This document shows, piece by piece, positions 12,744 through 24,258 of a stretch of 64,000 nt of DNA. The notes under the pieces are model-generated. The model did no database searches, was not told the DNA's origin, and worked only from the letters and a program-made list of their open reading frames with translations. The position numbers and the translations under genes are program-made. How positions within the stretch are numbered: the stretch's first letter is position 1; the number at the start of each line of letters is the position of its first letter. Source of the stretch: Podospora anserina (Eukaryota); assembly GCA_017654855.1 (NCBI GenBank), contig CM030333.1:4836001-4900000 (forward strand). The letters run 5' to 3'.

Positions 12744-13896
12744 ATTGAAAAGGCTATCGGAGAAACTAATGGGTAGAATTGGGTCTGGCTGTAGAAGAGA
12801 GGGAAGAGAGATGGCCGAGAGACACTGCCCTTTAACAGTTTACCACTTGCTGAACCCGGAGCACGGCATAACATAGTGTACGAAATAGCAGGCCGCCGTC
12901 TGAGCAAACGGTACGGCAAGCTCCCGTGATGCAGATCCGGTATGAGAAGGTCGTGGTAGGTAACAGACAGGGGTTTGTATCAACCCCCACTGTTACCCCT
13001 CTTCTATGGTGTTTCCTGGTTCGTGAAAGATAGGACGAGGCTCGAGAGCGTACCACAGGAAGGATATTGTGGTGTCTTGTTTGGTTGGCCATAGCTCCAG
13101 CACCATGATGATATGTGCAACCAAGACACAAGACGCCTTCCACTTGGAAGGCTGAAGGCAGGATATGAGTCCGCGGCCAATTCAACCCTTGAAGTTGTCA
13201 CTTCGTAATCAGCTCCTAACCTGCGATGACAGGACTTCCAACCGAATGGGCTTTGCTGATGGCGTCATTGCAACTAAGGTGTTGTAAGAGATTTCTAGGT
13301 CATGCGTTCAAGTCTATTGCTGAATATCTACACTGGGTGGTTAGATATGGGTACACCGACCAATTGGGCAATATCACTTACACCTATCAGTCTTCATTGT
13401 TGACACTGCCCCTTGGGCTTGCCAACTGCCTATCCCAATGATTGTTGGTTCTCTAGTTGGCTGCCCGTGTTGGTCAAGGAAGAAATGTCGAAAAGGACAA
13501 GAAGTTCTGGTTAACATCTCATAAACAAAAACAATCCTGTCCAACACACCACTTTTCAACGCCCAGTTCGGATGGACAGCCCACTTTCACAGGCACAGGC
13601 GAGCTTCTGGAACGATAACCCCTTTTTCGATCTTGGAGATCTTTGAAGCATGGGCCACTGGCCCCTCCTGGTTGGCTCCAGCAGATCAGATACCCCACAA
13701 TTGAGGGACCTGAGCCCCTGTCCGCCACCGCCAACTGTTGAAATTGGACGGAGGAACCCAAGCGAGCAACCTCAAGGGTTCACAACTACCGACCCTGCGC
13801 CAACCTTTTTTTGTTGATTGTCTTTTCCGTCAAGCTGGTCTTGCGGCTTCACTCGTTTCTTCTCGACGTTGACAGTACCCATTCGGATTTCCCATC

Positions 13897-15136
13897 ATGG
13901 CTTCCACAACAATTACGAGCAACGGCACGACCAAGAGAAAGGCTGCCAATGGCATCAGCAACGGCCACGCCAACGGCGCGACGGCGCCCCCCAAGAACGC
14001 GGACGACCAGAAGGAACATGACTTTTTCTGGACTTATACTGAAGAGCCACACCGGACGCGGAGGTTGGCCATCATCAAGGCGCACCCTGAGGTATGTTTG
14101 AGCACAGTGTCTGCGTTAAGAAAGCATCAATCGCTAACCATTGTCCTGTTAGGTCTTAAAACTATGTGGTGCCGAACCATTAACGAAATATGTCGTCGCC
14201 GGCGTCGTTGCCCTCCAGATCCTTTGCGCCCACCTCCTCCGAGACACGCCCTTCTGGTCCCTGAAGTTCTGGGCGGTCGCCTACATCATTGGCGCCACCT
14301 CGAACCAGAATCTCTTCCTGGCCATCCATGAGATCTCCCACAACCTCGCTTTCAGGTCGCCCCTGGCCAACCGCCTCTTTGCCATCTTCGCCAACCTTCC
14401 TATCGCGTTGCCCTACAGTGCTTCATTCAGGCCTTACCATCTGACACATCACAAGTCCCTCGGAGTTGATGGCCTCGATACCGATCTGCCTACCGCTCTT
14501 GAAGCCGTCTTCCTCGACTCGATCCTCGGCAAGGCCTTCTTCTGCACCTTCCAGATCCTATTCTACGCCCTCCGCCCGATGGCCGTTTACCGTGTCCCCT
14601 TCACCTGGGTCCACTGGCTCAATGTTGCCGTTCAGCTGTCCTTCGACTACGCCCTCATTGCCTTGCTCCCGAACTACTTCTCGGTCAACTCGGTCCTGTA
14701 CCTGATCCTGTCTTCCTTCCTGGCTGGCAGTCTCCACCCAACAGCAGGGCACTTCATCGCCGAACACTACGTGTATGAGCACATTTCGGACGAAGCCAGA
14801 GACCCCGAGAACAAGATCCCTCTTCCTGAGACCTACAGCTACTACGGCATCTTGAACTTTTTCACTTACAATGTCGGTCTGCACAATGAGCACCACGACT
14901 TCCCTGCGATCCCCTGGACTAGACTGCCCAAGTTGAACAAGATTGCCAAGGAGTTTTATGATCCCCTGCCTACACACGAGAGCTGGGTGTATGTGCTTTG
15001 GCAGTTCATCTTTGATGACAAGATTGGCATGACGAGCCGTGTCAAGAGAAAGCAGGGAGGGAGAGTTGTGGGTGGTGGAAATGTTGCTGCCAAGGCCAAA
15101 GTGGCGGACTGGACAGCTGAGGAGATTGAGGCTTAA
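13897..15136 (+). CDS. DES1: Sphingolipid (dihydroceramide) delta-4 desaturase, intron 14092-14152
   Basis: DFFWTYTEEPHRTRRLAIIKAHPE N-terminal motif; His boxes HEISH, YHLTHH and HNEHHDFP; HPTAGHFIAEHY. Confidence 0.96.
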
Positions 15137-15445
15137 TTTTGTTTTTGAAGGGTTAATGATGTATTTCGGGAGACATCTGTTTGCTCACTGTGGGTTATGA
15201 GTAAGTCTGGAGTTGAAACGAGACCAAAAAAGGGGTTTGATACGAACGAACCTAGACTAGACGGACGGGGCAAGAGCATTGGTGTATTGTACAATGACAT
15301 TGCTTATGAGGTGCGTTTAATTTTTGGGCTGATAGGTTATTGTAATGGGTGAGTAAGTATATATTTGAGAATTTATGAGCATTATTTTATCTAGGTGGTC
15401 TAATATTCGAAAACAGCAAACTGGAAACAAAAGCAATAAACGTCT

Positions 15446-16447
15446 TTATTCACCCTTCAACTCCGACGCCCACCCCCGTATCGCCCCCTTTTCCTCCTCT
15501 GTCAAGTTTATCCCAAACACCTCTTTCAACACCTCAGTCCTCTCCTCCTCGGTCCTACAAACCTTGACCAACTCTGTCCTCCCTCCCAAATTCTGCTTCA
15601 CCTCCCCCTGAACCATCATCACCTTTCCCTTTATCTTCTGTTCTCCCTCCTCCCCTCCTCTCAGAAACCGAATCACCAGCACCGTGTACGTCTGATGATT
15701 CCTCTCGCACTCGCTCAAATAAACATTCAGGTTCTCAAAATCCAACTCGGTAAACTCGTGCTCCGGCACAAAGGCGTAGTAGCTGTCCCAGGGCTTTTCA
15801 GGCGAGTTTCGGTACTCGTAGATCCAGTGCTTGAGCGCGCCCTTGGACTCGTCACGGAAGCGCTGGTCGGGGAGCCAGTCGCGGGTGTAGCGGATTTGCT
15901 GGGTGCCGATGGTGTTGTGGTGGATGAGGTGTTCGGTTAGGGGCAGGGGGAAGGTTGGGCCGTCGCCGCCGAAGCCGGCGTCTAGGACGTATTGTTGGGC
16001 GGGGTTGGTGTTGGGGAGGGTGAGGATGTTGACTAGGTGGACGTAGCCGTTGTAGGGGCCTTGGGGGGTGCCGTTTGTGCGGTTGCGGTTGCGGACGCCC
16101 GAGTAGTGAATCGAGGAGAAGCCGAGGGCGCGGAGGATGTGGGAGAAGAAGATGGAGAGTTCCATGCAGTAGCCTCCTCTGCCGCGCCTTGGGGAGGTGA
16201 CAAGTTTGGTGAAGAGGTGTGGGGGGTCGAGGAGGATGCGGTGGAAGGGGTTGTAGTGGATGGAGAGGTTCTCGTAGGGGAAGGAGGTGATTTGGGCTTG
16301 GAAGATGGTGGTGAGGTAGTCTAGGTCGAGGACGGGGTGGGAGGAAGGGTGGTATGACTCATCGAGACCGACGTAGGAGAGATACTGAGAGACCTGGGAG
16401 AGGGTGTAGGCTGAGCCGTTGGGTTTGAAGTTGTCTTGGTCGGCCAT
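15446..16447 (-). CDS. NAT: Arylamine N-acetyltransferase, intronless, 333 aa
   Basis: FPYENL, RGRGGYCMELS (catalytic Cys), YVHLVN (His) and VLDAGFGG (Asp) give the NAT catalytic triad. Confidence 0.95.
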   Translation of the reverse strand: MADQDNFKPNGSAYTLSQVSQYLSYVGLDESYHPSSHPVLDLDYLTTIFQAQITSFPYENLSIHYNPFHRILLDPPHLFTKLVTSPRRGRGGYCMELSIFFSHILRALGFSSIHYSGVRNRNRTNGTPQGPYNGYVHLVNILTLPNTNPAQQYVLDAGFGGDGPTFPLPLTEHLIHHNTIGTQQIRYTRDWLPDQRFRDESKGALKHWIYEYRNSPEKPWDSYYAFVPEHEFTELDFENLNVYLSECERNHQTYTVLVIRFLRGGEEGEQKIKGKVMMVQGEVKQNLGGRTELVKVCRTEEERTEVLKEVFGINLTEEEKGAIRGWASELKGE

Positions 16448-19400
16448 GGTGAGCGTTGGATCAATGAACTTCGATTTTTGCTACCGTCAAACACTCTCTT
16501 GATCCATCGATCTTGGTGTTTTGACCACTGATTAAGATTTTAGTTTCAGTCATATTAGCAAGTACTACTCCTTGTGACTCACCATCATAGGGTATCTCCA
16601 ACGTAAACCCGACAAGCCGGTCGTCGGCAGGGCGTGAAGGCGTCATCGCAACTAACACCGTTCTAGGAATGATTCTGCCCAACAATCATACAAGAGAAGT
16701 TATAAGTATGTTTATTGATCTGATATTGCCAGAGCATACACTTGGATATACTATACAGACCCCTAACCCTGCTACAAACAGTGATTAAATCTTCCAATCA
16801 CACGACACATCTCTCGGCCATTTTCTTACCGTATATGCTAGTTATGAGGGTTAAACAACACTTGATGAATCATTGGGCTGTAAGTGATACTTTTTTTGCT
16901 GCTTGGCCCATATTTTCCAGCAGAAAGATGCTGCGTGTCGGCCAAAAAGACAATCTAGTAACCATGGTTTTGAGCATTTAGACGCTCGCCTTGAGATGTC
17001 CCTTGTGTCTCAAGGGTGCCTCATACAACACAGTTCACGAGGTTATGTCAGCAGTCACCTCATCACTACAGGACTGACTTCTGCCTTGGAGCACACGTAT
17101 CAATACTGAAACCCAAAGAGCAGCCAAGATTGATAAAAACCTCGCTCGAGGTTCATCCCGCCACCATCTACTCAGACTGCCACCCCACGCGTGTGGCTGC
17201 TCAGACTCGTGGGCGACCGTGATGGGCCAGCCAAACTTCGAGAGGCGCAATGCCCAGCCAGTGACAGCATCGGGTTCCTGCGCAGATGACCGAAAGGTAA
17301 TGTGAGCAGGATGACTCCGATGTTATGTCTGTGGCATGCAGTCTCTACAATCCCAATATCTTCTATCTCCCCCTTTCGATAATGGGTGACGCGGCAGCAA
17401 GTGTGAGAGTTTTTGGTACTGCAGCGATGCATAGTAAGCCATACAGAAAAACCCATTCGCTGGCTGCAACCCATCACGCGGTTTTCCTCACAAGGGGAGG
17501 ATGGGTTAAGTTCGGGACGAGAGGACCCCTACCCAACCCACACGTCACCACGTGTCATGCAGCCGTTGGTATAAGGACAAGACACTCAGGCCTCAAGACT
17601 ACTGCGTATATGCTGGGTAGCGAAGCGGTATTTTTCTTCATCTGTTCGTCGCATTGTCTTGCGCCGTTTTTTTGCTGATTTCTCAACCAGTCTCAGACAA
17701 CCCGGGCCCCGGTATCGCATGATGAAGGAGTTCCGTCAGAGCGCCAGAAGGAAAAGTTTTCGCGATCACAGTCCACGCCACACACTCACACACCTCACAC
17801 ACACCTGCCCCTGAGTTTGCTGACAGGGCTGGGTAGCTGGGTTCTCGGCAAACGGCTGTCCCTGGTGAGGCTAGCATTCGGCCCAAGCCGGTGCGGTATA
17901 TTCTCATACTTTTGTCCCGATACATCCGAGAAGATATTGTGAGAGCACGCGGCAAGACGGAGGCAAAGACATGCCCGGTATAACTTCCCAGCTGCCTGTT
18001 TTCGTGGCACTCGAGATATCCGAGTGCCTGTCGTGCTCTCCTTGATCCCGCGGCGCGGCGTGATGGTTCGACAGACCAGGGCTGAGGGCTGCTTATCGTG
18101 GGTTTCACTGAACTGGCGAGAATTTGTAAAAGGACACCCACCCGGCTGAAAGGGCTATGGCGTGTTACCAAAATGGACCAGAATGGCACCCGTCCACTTG
18201 GCCGTTTGTGAGAGGCTGAGCCGTTGCCCACCACTTCAATGCGGGGTTGATAGAGGAGTACCTGGCCCCATATAGGGCATGACGTCGTCGCCGACACCAG
18301 CCCTAGCAGCAGAGCAGGTATTGTACACGATCTCGATCTGCGTAGAAACTTTTATCATTGTGAACTGCCATAGCCTGAGACCACGAGCTGAGCAGCAAGA
18401 GAGCCATACGATCACCAGGTCTACCTGCGCGTGCCTCGAATGTTAGCGTTGCGCGACGGCTTTAGGGTTGCGGTCGATCGACGTCGCCAACAGCTTGTTC
18501 CTAGACTCGGCATCGGTTTTTGTCCATGATTTTCGGACCAGGGCCTTCGGATCGGATCGCTGGATTCAATCCTCCAGAGAGGCAGTTGATATATGTCTCG
18601 CGCTCTCACGAACGCTAATTGTTGATATCTTTGAGCTGAGTCATTGGGGAAAGTTGACAAAAAGTTACGGATGCCGCATCTTCCGGCCATCAATCAATGA
18701 CAATGACAGATGCATGCAGATATCAAAAGCTGGTTCGGCAAATAAACAACAGACGAAAGTGAAAATGTTTTCGCCGAATTATGTCGTCACTAGGCAGGCC
18801 TTCTTCCGATGGGAAACAGGAGGAGGAGGAGCCTTCAAGTACCGTCTTAACAGCACCTGCCTCCGAGGCTGGCACAAACTTTTTGGGGCGCGCCGCGCAG
18901 CCGGATTTGGTGGGGAAGAGAAATTCTGGAATCGGGAAAAGAGCGGGCCAAGACTTACCGAGAGACTTGCGATCTGACAGAGCTACAAGTGGAGACTTGA
19001 CACGCCGCCTCTGTCCGTCGACCGTCAAAGGGATATCATCGTCACATGATGTACCAGACCGCCCGGCCAGGTACCGTGACATCTCTCAAGGGGTGAACAG
19101 CATCGTGTGGTGGAAGGGAAACCGGGTGCGTTTTCTCCCGCTGGGTTTTCAGAGTTGTTGGGTTGTGCTCGCTCCCACACTGCTGTGTTGTCGTGAATTG
19201 ATATGGAGTACTTTTACTTTGGATAGGTAGGTCGCTTGTGTAATGTGCCGGACCAAGTCTCCGCCCCAACCTTCTGGTCGATTCTATGGTAAGAGTTTGA
19301 TGACTGGGCTGGCGACGACGACGACAGGAGGGAGGGACGATTGGTATTGACGGCGGTGAGGTCGAAGCGGCGATATCAGTAGAGATTCGTATTCCTCGAA

Positions 19401-20078
19401 TACTTTGTTGAATGGAGGCCATTATGCGCTGCCCTGTAAATATCAAAGAAGTCCCTTTTGAGTTGATGTGACGGCAATTTAGTGGCCTGGAAGCGAGAGT
19501 CGAGCCCCAAAACGGCCAAGTGGAGGGGTGGACGCCAGCGCACACTGCTCGCACGCTACCCACTGCCCATTTGTGCCTGCAACCTGCAACACATTGCACA
19601 GGCAGGGAAGCTTGGATGCGCTGCGTACCTACCTGACCAACGACATCATCCTCCATCTCCCACATCTTCCAATCACTCTCTGCCTCTCCCACCACGCACT
19701 CAACACCGCCCGCGTGGACCAAACCCCAAACCCCAAATCCCAAACCCACTCCCCATAGTGTTCGCTCGTCTGATTAGCATCTACTCGATAGCGCCCAAGT
19801 CGCCTATTTGTCCGCCCTTTTACGGAATCGTCATAGTACGGAGCCTCCCAAGAGACGCGGCCTGCAGTTCGACAACCTAAATCTGTCTCAGACGCATTGC
19901 GATAGCCGCGAAAAGTCGAATAGTAAATCGTTGGGACCCATCCATAATGATTTGCTGGACCCTGCGAACTCTGAGCAGCTAAGACCCGCCCTGGCATGTG
20001 TGAGTGGTGGTCGAGATCGAGCCTCCGCCCTTCCTCCTCCACTCGACTCAACTCGCACCTACGCATGCTGCAGCAGAC

Positions 20079-22937
20079 ATGGACCCGTCGTCCAACAAGC
20101 CGACTGGCTCAGCAGAGGCCGACCGCTCGCAGTCAACCGGCAGTATCCCAACTGCCCTGCTCCATCCCACGTTATCCCGCGAATCCACCTCGAGCACGGC
20201 AACCATAACCCCAAAGACCGACTCGTGGCCCTCGAAGTTGACTTCGCAGACCTCGCAGACCTCGACCACGTCCACCTCCTCTTCGGCTGCACCTTCACCT
20301 CTCCACTCGCGCGAGCCCTCTCCAACACGACCGCCGCGGCAGCAACGTACGAGCACCTCACGAGCGTCATCCATCAACCCCGGGCCCCGGTCGCGGAAAA
20401 ACAGTGCTCAGGATCTAGGAAAACAAGCCAACCCGCCACCACCACCACCACCACCCCCCACGACGAAAACGTTGTCCTCCACGACGCCTACTCTTCTGCC
20501 CACTGTATCAGACCCAAGCTTCAATGCGGGTGCACCCGTCAAGTCACCCACGTCCATGGAGCATATTCGAGAGTCACCCCGGTGGCCGGTATCCCCTAGG
20601 CTACGATCTCCTCCACCCATTCTCCACCAGCCAAACATCCCACCTCAGCGACGATCAGAGCACGAAACAACTCTAATTGCTCTTCAGCGTGCGACCCCGC
20701 CCCAGCCTCGATACCAGGAGCCTCAGTCAGACACCGATACCGACGACGCCCACATGCCGTCTGGGTTACGAACCCCCGCTCGAGGTGGTGGAAGCAGCTC
20801 AGTCTTGGAGACTGTCCAGGAAGTTAGTCCACTGGGTTCGCCACGGGGACAAGGAGAGTCGCTGGAGGAAAAGATTGCTAGCAGCATGGCTTCTGAATCG
20901 TCACAGGCGGATCTGATTGGTCTCGGTCTGTCCAAGGAGACAGTGGGTAGATCCAACACTGGCCCGAACGACAGTGGTAGTGATAGTGGCAGCATCAAGG
21001 CCAGCCGACGGGGCGGATCCGGGATGCCACCGCCCCCTTTGACGACAAGGCAGTCGAGCACCTCGATCAACAAGCCGGGCATGCCCAAGACCAAGACCGG
21101 CGACCTGCCATTGCAGAGTATGACGGTCGAGACGGAGACGGTTACCTCGATTCCCCAAGCTGCGTTGGCCCCAAGTGTTGGCACCCAGGTGTCAAGTGCC
21201 AGTTTGCGGACAAAGGCCAGCAACGAGACGATACGACCGAGGAAGGAGAAAAAGAAGCCGCCACGGAAGCAACCCACTGTGACGGCGGTCAATGGTGAGA
21301 AACCACGTTCAGCTACATCCCCTAAATTACGACATCACATGTCCATGTATTCAGTTTCTTCTTATTCTATTACCGACAAGCGCCCGTCTCCCCCAAGCTC
21401 TTTCAGCTCTCATGAGAGCGTGATAACGGATGCCAAGCGGGAACCGGGAGGCAGGAGGCAGAGCCTAGTTTCTCAGATCAGCAGCATGAGCAACCTACTG
21501 ACACGAACACGTGTAGCATCCTCCAAGGCCGATATCTTCGAGGCCAAGGTCGCAAGCGCCGTCGAGGAAGCAAACTCGTCCGATTCCGAAGAGACTTTTG
21601 TCTACGATTCTAACCCACCAGATGCCCGTGACCGACCGCCGAGATTTCATTCACGAACGCCGAGTGCGACATCCATGGTCAGCCAAATCGATCGGCCTGG
21701 GATGAGGTCCATCCACACCGTGATGGAGAGTTCTGGGCCTCAGATGGTTGTCAAGAAGAGCATGAAATTCGTCAACACTTACAACAGCAATGCAAATGAC
21801 GGCATCTATGGCGACGATGATGGGAAGGGAACTGGCAGGAGCAATGCCGGTTCTGCCCGGGGAACTGCACGACATCACCATCATTTCGGCCGTTGGGGCC
21901 GTAACGGAGGCAGCAATGGTCACCCCTCATTGTTCGCCGAGCACTCGCCTTTCAGTAACGCTGCAGCTGTTGGGAACGGAGGCTCAAGACACTCTTCCAA
22001 CCCTCCGAGTCCCCGCTACGCTAATGCTCGTAACTACTCAGCAGCAAATGGAAAGAGGTCGACACATCTATCAGCAGGGTATGATCTCGACGACAACACT
22101 ACTGGCGCTGACGACGAGACAACACCCTTGGTTCAGTCCTCCACGATGCGATCATCAAGGTCAGGCAGAAGCCGGAGGGGTCCTCACTCGCACTCATACC
22201 GGTCGATTGAGGCGCAACAATACAGGTCACCTCCCTCGGTCCTCAACCGGTTCGCGAGTTGTCTGGTCTTGACGGTCATGCTGTTGCTCATTGTCTCGGG
22301 CGCCATCGGCTTCATGTTTGCGACATCACAACCTCTCACCAATGTTCAGCTCACCAATATGAGCCATATTGTGGCCAGCCAACAGGAGCTTATGCTCGAT
22401 CTTACCATCAAAGCCCATAACCCCAACGTCGTGGTTGTAGCTGTGGATTCTTGCAACATCGAGGTCTTCGCCAAGTCGCCACGCGGAATGTCGGATTCAG
22501 AGTGGTGGCGCCATACCCATCCCGGCGAGGTTGGACCACCACCCATCAAGAGACCCGAAGGCGAAATGTTGGCGATGGAGGCCGACGATGATGATGATTC
22601 GGCGCCTAACCTGCACCTCGGCACCATCACTGGATTCGAGAGTCCCCTGACTTTCGAGGGTTCTTTCTTCAACCAGGGCGATTCGTACTCGACTGGCGAG
22701 GTCCGCCTGAAAGATCCTGGCAACGTCACCAAACCTGGTGGTCCCGAGCGATGGGAGCGGGTCCTGGAGGACGAGTTCACGTTGATTTTGAAGGGCGTCA
22801 TCACATACACTCTTCCCCTGAGCCAACGGGAGCGAAAGGCCACCATCACTGCGAAGAAGATCATCAGACCAAACTCGGCCGACGACCCTGCGGTCCAACC
22901 CGACGACGGGGAGGTTACCATCTCACTTATACCTTAA
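20079..22937 (+). CDS. VAC7: Vac7-like vacuolar segregation protein / Fab1 complex regulator; probable intron 21295-21516
   Basis: SMTVETETVTSIPQ, NETIRPRKEKKK, SSKADIFEAKVASAVEEANSSDSEETFVYDSNP, a single TM (CLVLTVMLLLIVSGAIGFMFA) and a luminal ASQQELMLDL..AHNPN...LHLG...FESPLTFEG domain. The first in-frame ATG is at 20079. Confidence 0.9.
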   Translation: MDPSSNKPTGSAEADRSQSTGSIPTALLHPTLSRESTSSTATITPKTDSWPSKLTSQTSQTSTTSTSSSAAPSPLHSREPSPTRPPRQQRTSTSRASSINPGPRSRKNSAQDLGKQANPPPPPPPPPTTKTLSSTTPTLLPTVSDPSFNAGAPVKSPTSMEHIRESPRWPVSPRLRSPPPILHQPNIPPQRRSEHETTLIALQRATPPQPRYQEPQSDTDTDDAHMPSGLRTPARGGGSSSVLETVQEVSPLGSPRGQGESLEEKIASSMASESSQADLIGLGLSKETVGRSNTGPNDSGSDSGSIKASRRGGSGMPPPPLTTRQSSTSINKPGMPKTKTGDLPLQSMTVETETVTSIPQAALAPSVGTQVSSASLRTKASNETIRPRKEKKKPPRKQPTVTAVNGEKPRSATSPKLRHHMSMYSVSSYSITDKRPSPPSSFSSHESVITDAKREPGGRRQSLVSQISSMSNLLTRTRVASSKADIFEAKVASAVEEANSSDSEETFVYDSNPPDARDRPPRFHSRTPSATSMVSQIDRPGMRSIHTVMESSGPQMVVKKSMKFVNTYNSNANDGIYGDDDGKGTGRSNAGSARGTARHHHHFGRWGRNGGSNGHPSLFAEHSPFSNAAAVGNGGSRHSSNPPSPRYANARNYSAANGKRSTHLSAGYDLDDNTTGADDETTPLVQSSTMRSSRSGRSRRGPHSHSYRSIEAQQYRSPPSVLNRFASCLVLTVMLLLIVSGAIGFMFATSQPLTNVQLTNMSHIVASQQELMLDLTIKAHNPNVVVVAVDSCNIEVFAKSPRGMSDSEWWRHTHPGEVGPPPIKRPEGEMLAMEADDDDDSAPNLHLGTITGFESPLTFEGSFFNQGDSYSTGEVRLKDPGNVTKPGGPERWERVLEDEFTLILKGVITYTLPLSQRERKATITAKKIIRPNSADDPAVQPDDGEVTISLIP

Positions 22938-24258
22938 TAATTGGCACTGACTTCGGCCATGCGTCCAGCGACTGCAGATAAATTTCCTTTTTTACTTTAT
23001 GTGAATGACTCTCTTTTTTTCACGAAGACAAAGACATACCTATTTTATTCTCTTACACTTTTCATTCTCTCTTCGGTGGCAATTGGTTACATGTGTATAT
23101 TTCTGGGGCTTGTGTGTTTGTGTGATGAAGCGTTGCATGGCATTATGGACTAAGATATATTCCCCCGGGAGAACATGGGCTGGTAAAGAGGCAAAGCAAA
23201 CTGGGCGTTGGTTGGATTGGTATACAAAAATTCAAAACTCACATCACAAACAAATTGAGCAATCAAAGACTGGCATTATAAGAAAAGGAAAAGACGGGAC
23301 TGTACAGAGTTTCTCCATCATTGGTAGTTTAGGGGGTACCTAATACGTAATGATGGTGAGATGGATGGTGGAGGGCATGTGGTCTGAAGGATAAGTGCTG
23401 GAGGTGTTTCTGTTGGGACCCGCAGACTAGGGGGTTGAGGGGACTTTTGTGAGGGTTGAGTGTGATAACAGATATCTGTGAGAGCGAAAGATACTCTTAT
23501 AGGAACAAGATTTTGATGAATATCACATAAACTTGATGTCACTATTGCCACCATATCTTTGAAGTTGATGTGGCTTTTGAGCAGCAAAGGGGAATGCATG
23601 TGCACACAGCAGCCGTTACCTTCGGGCCAAGTTCTTTATACATTGCATGATATCAATATAAGCACATTCTATTGTCGTTGTCAAGTGTGTAAACAAGAAA
23701 GACGCTCAACAAAGTTCAGGCTTTCGCTTACGATCTATCATCATTGAGCAACAACTTCAAAACATAACTCTCATCATACCCCCTACCCTGCTATGTTCGC
23801 CTCATGCTCACAAATGAAACGTTCATCTCTGTCTATACCCACCAAAGCATACAAACGTCCCCCTTCTTCAACCATAGCCACCCAAGATGAACTTCAACTC
23901 CACCACAAACAAAACTACACACTCAAAAAGAAACTCAACAAAGACCAAAGCAAAACAAAAGCCACAACAGATCATTATATATACCTAATTAACCACCCTC
24001 CCATCCCATCATCCCTCCCAGTAGTATTCCCAGTTTAACTTGATCATTTCGTTTCTGTGTCTTCATCTTCATCGGAAATATACCCGTACGTACGTTGTTC
24101 ATCAGTAGTTTAGCCCATTCCCGTATTTCATCATCTTTTATAGCCCCCCTTCACCCCCTCACACACCATCCATTTATCCTACCCACCTCTCCATCCCGCT
24201 GTCCAACACACCCTCTCCCATCATAAAACTCTAATTCGTTAAAAGAAGAAGACGTGAA

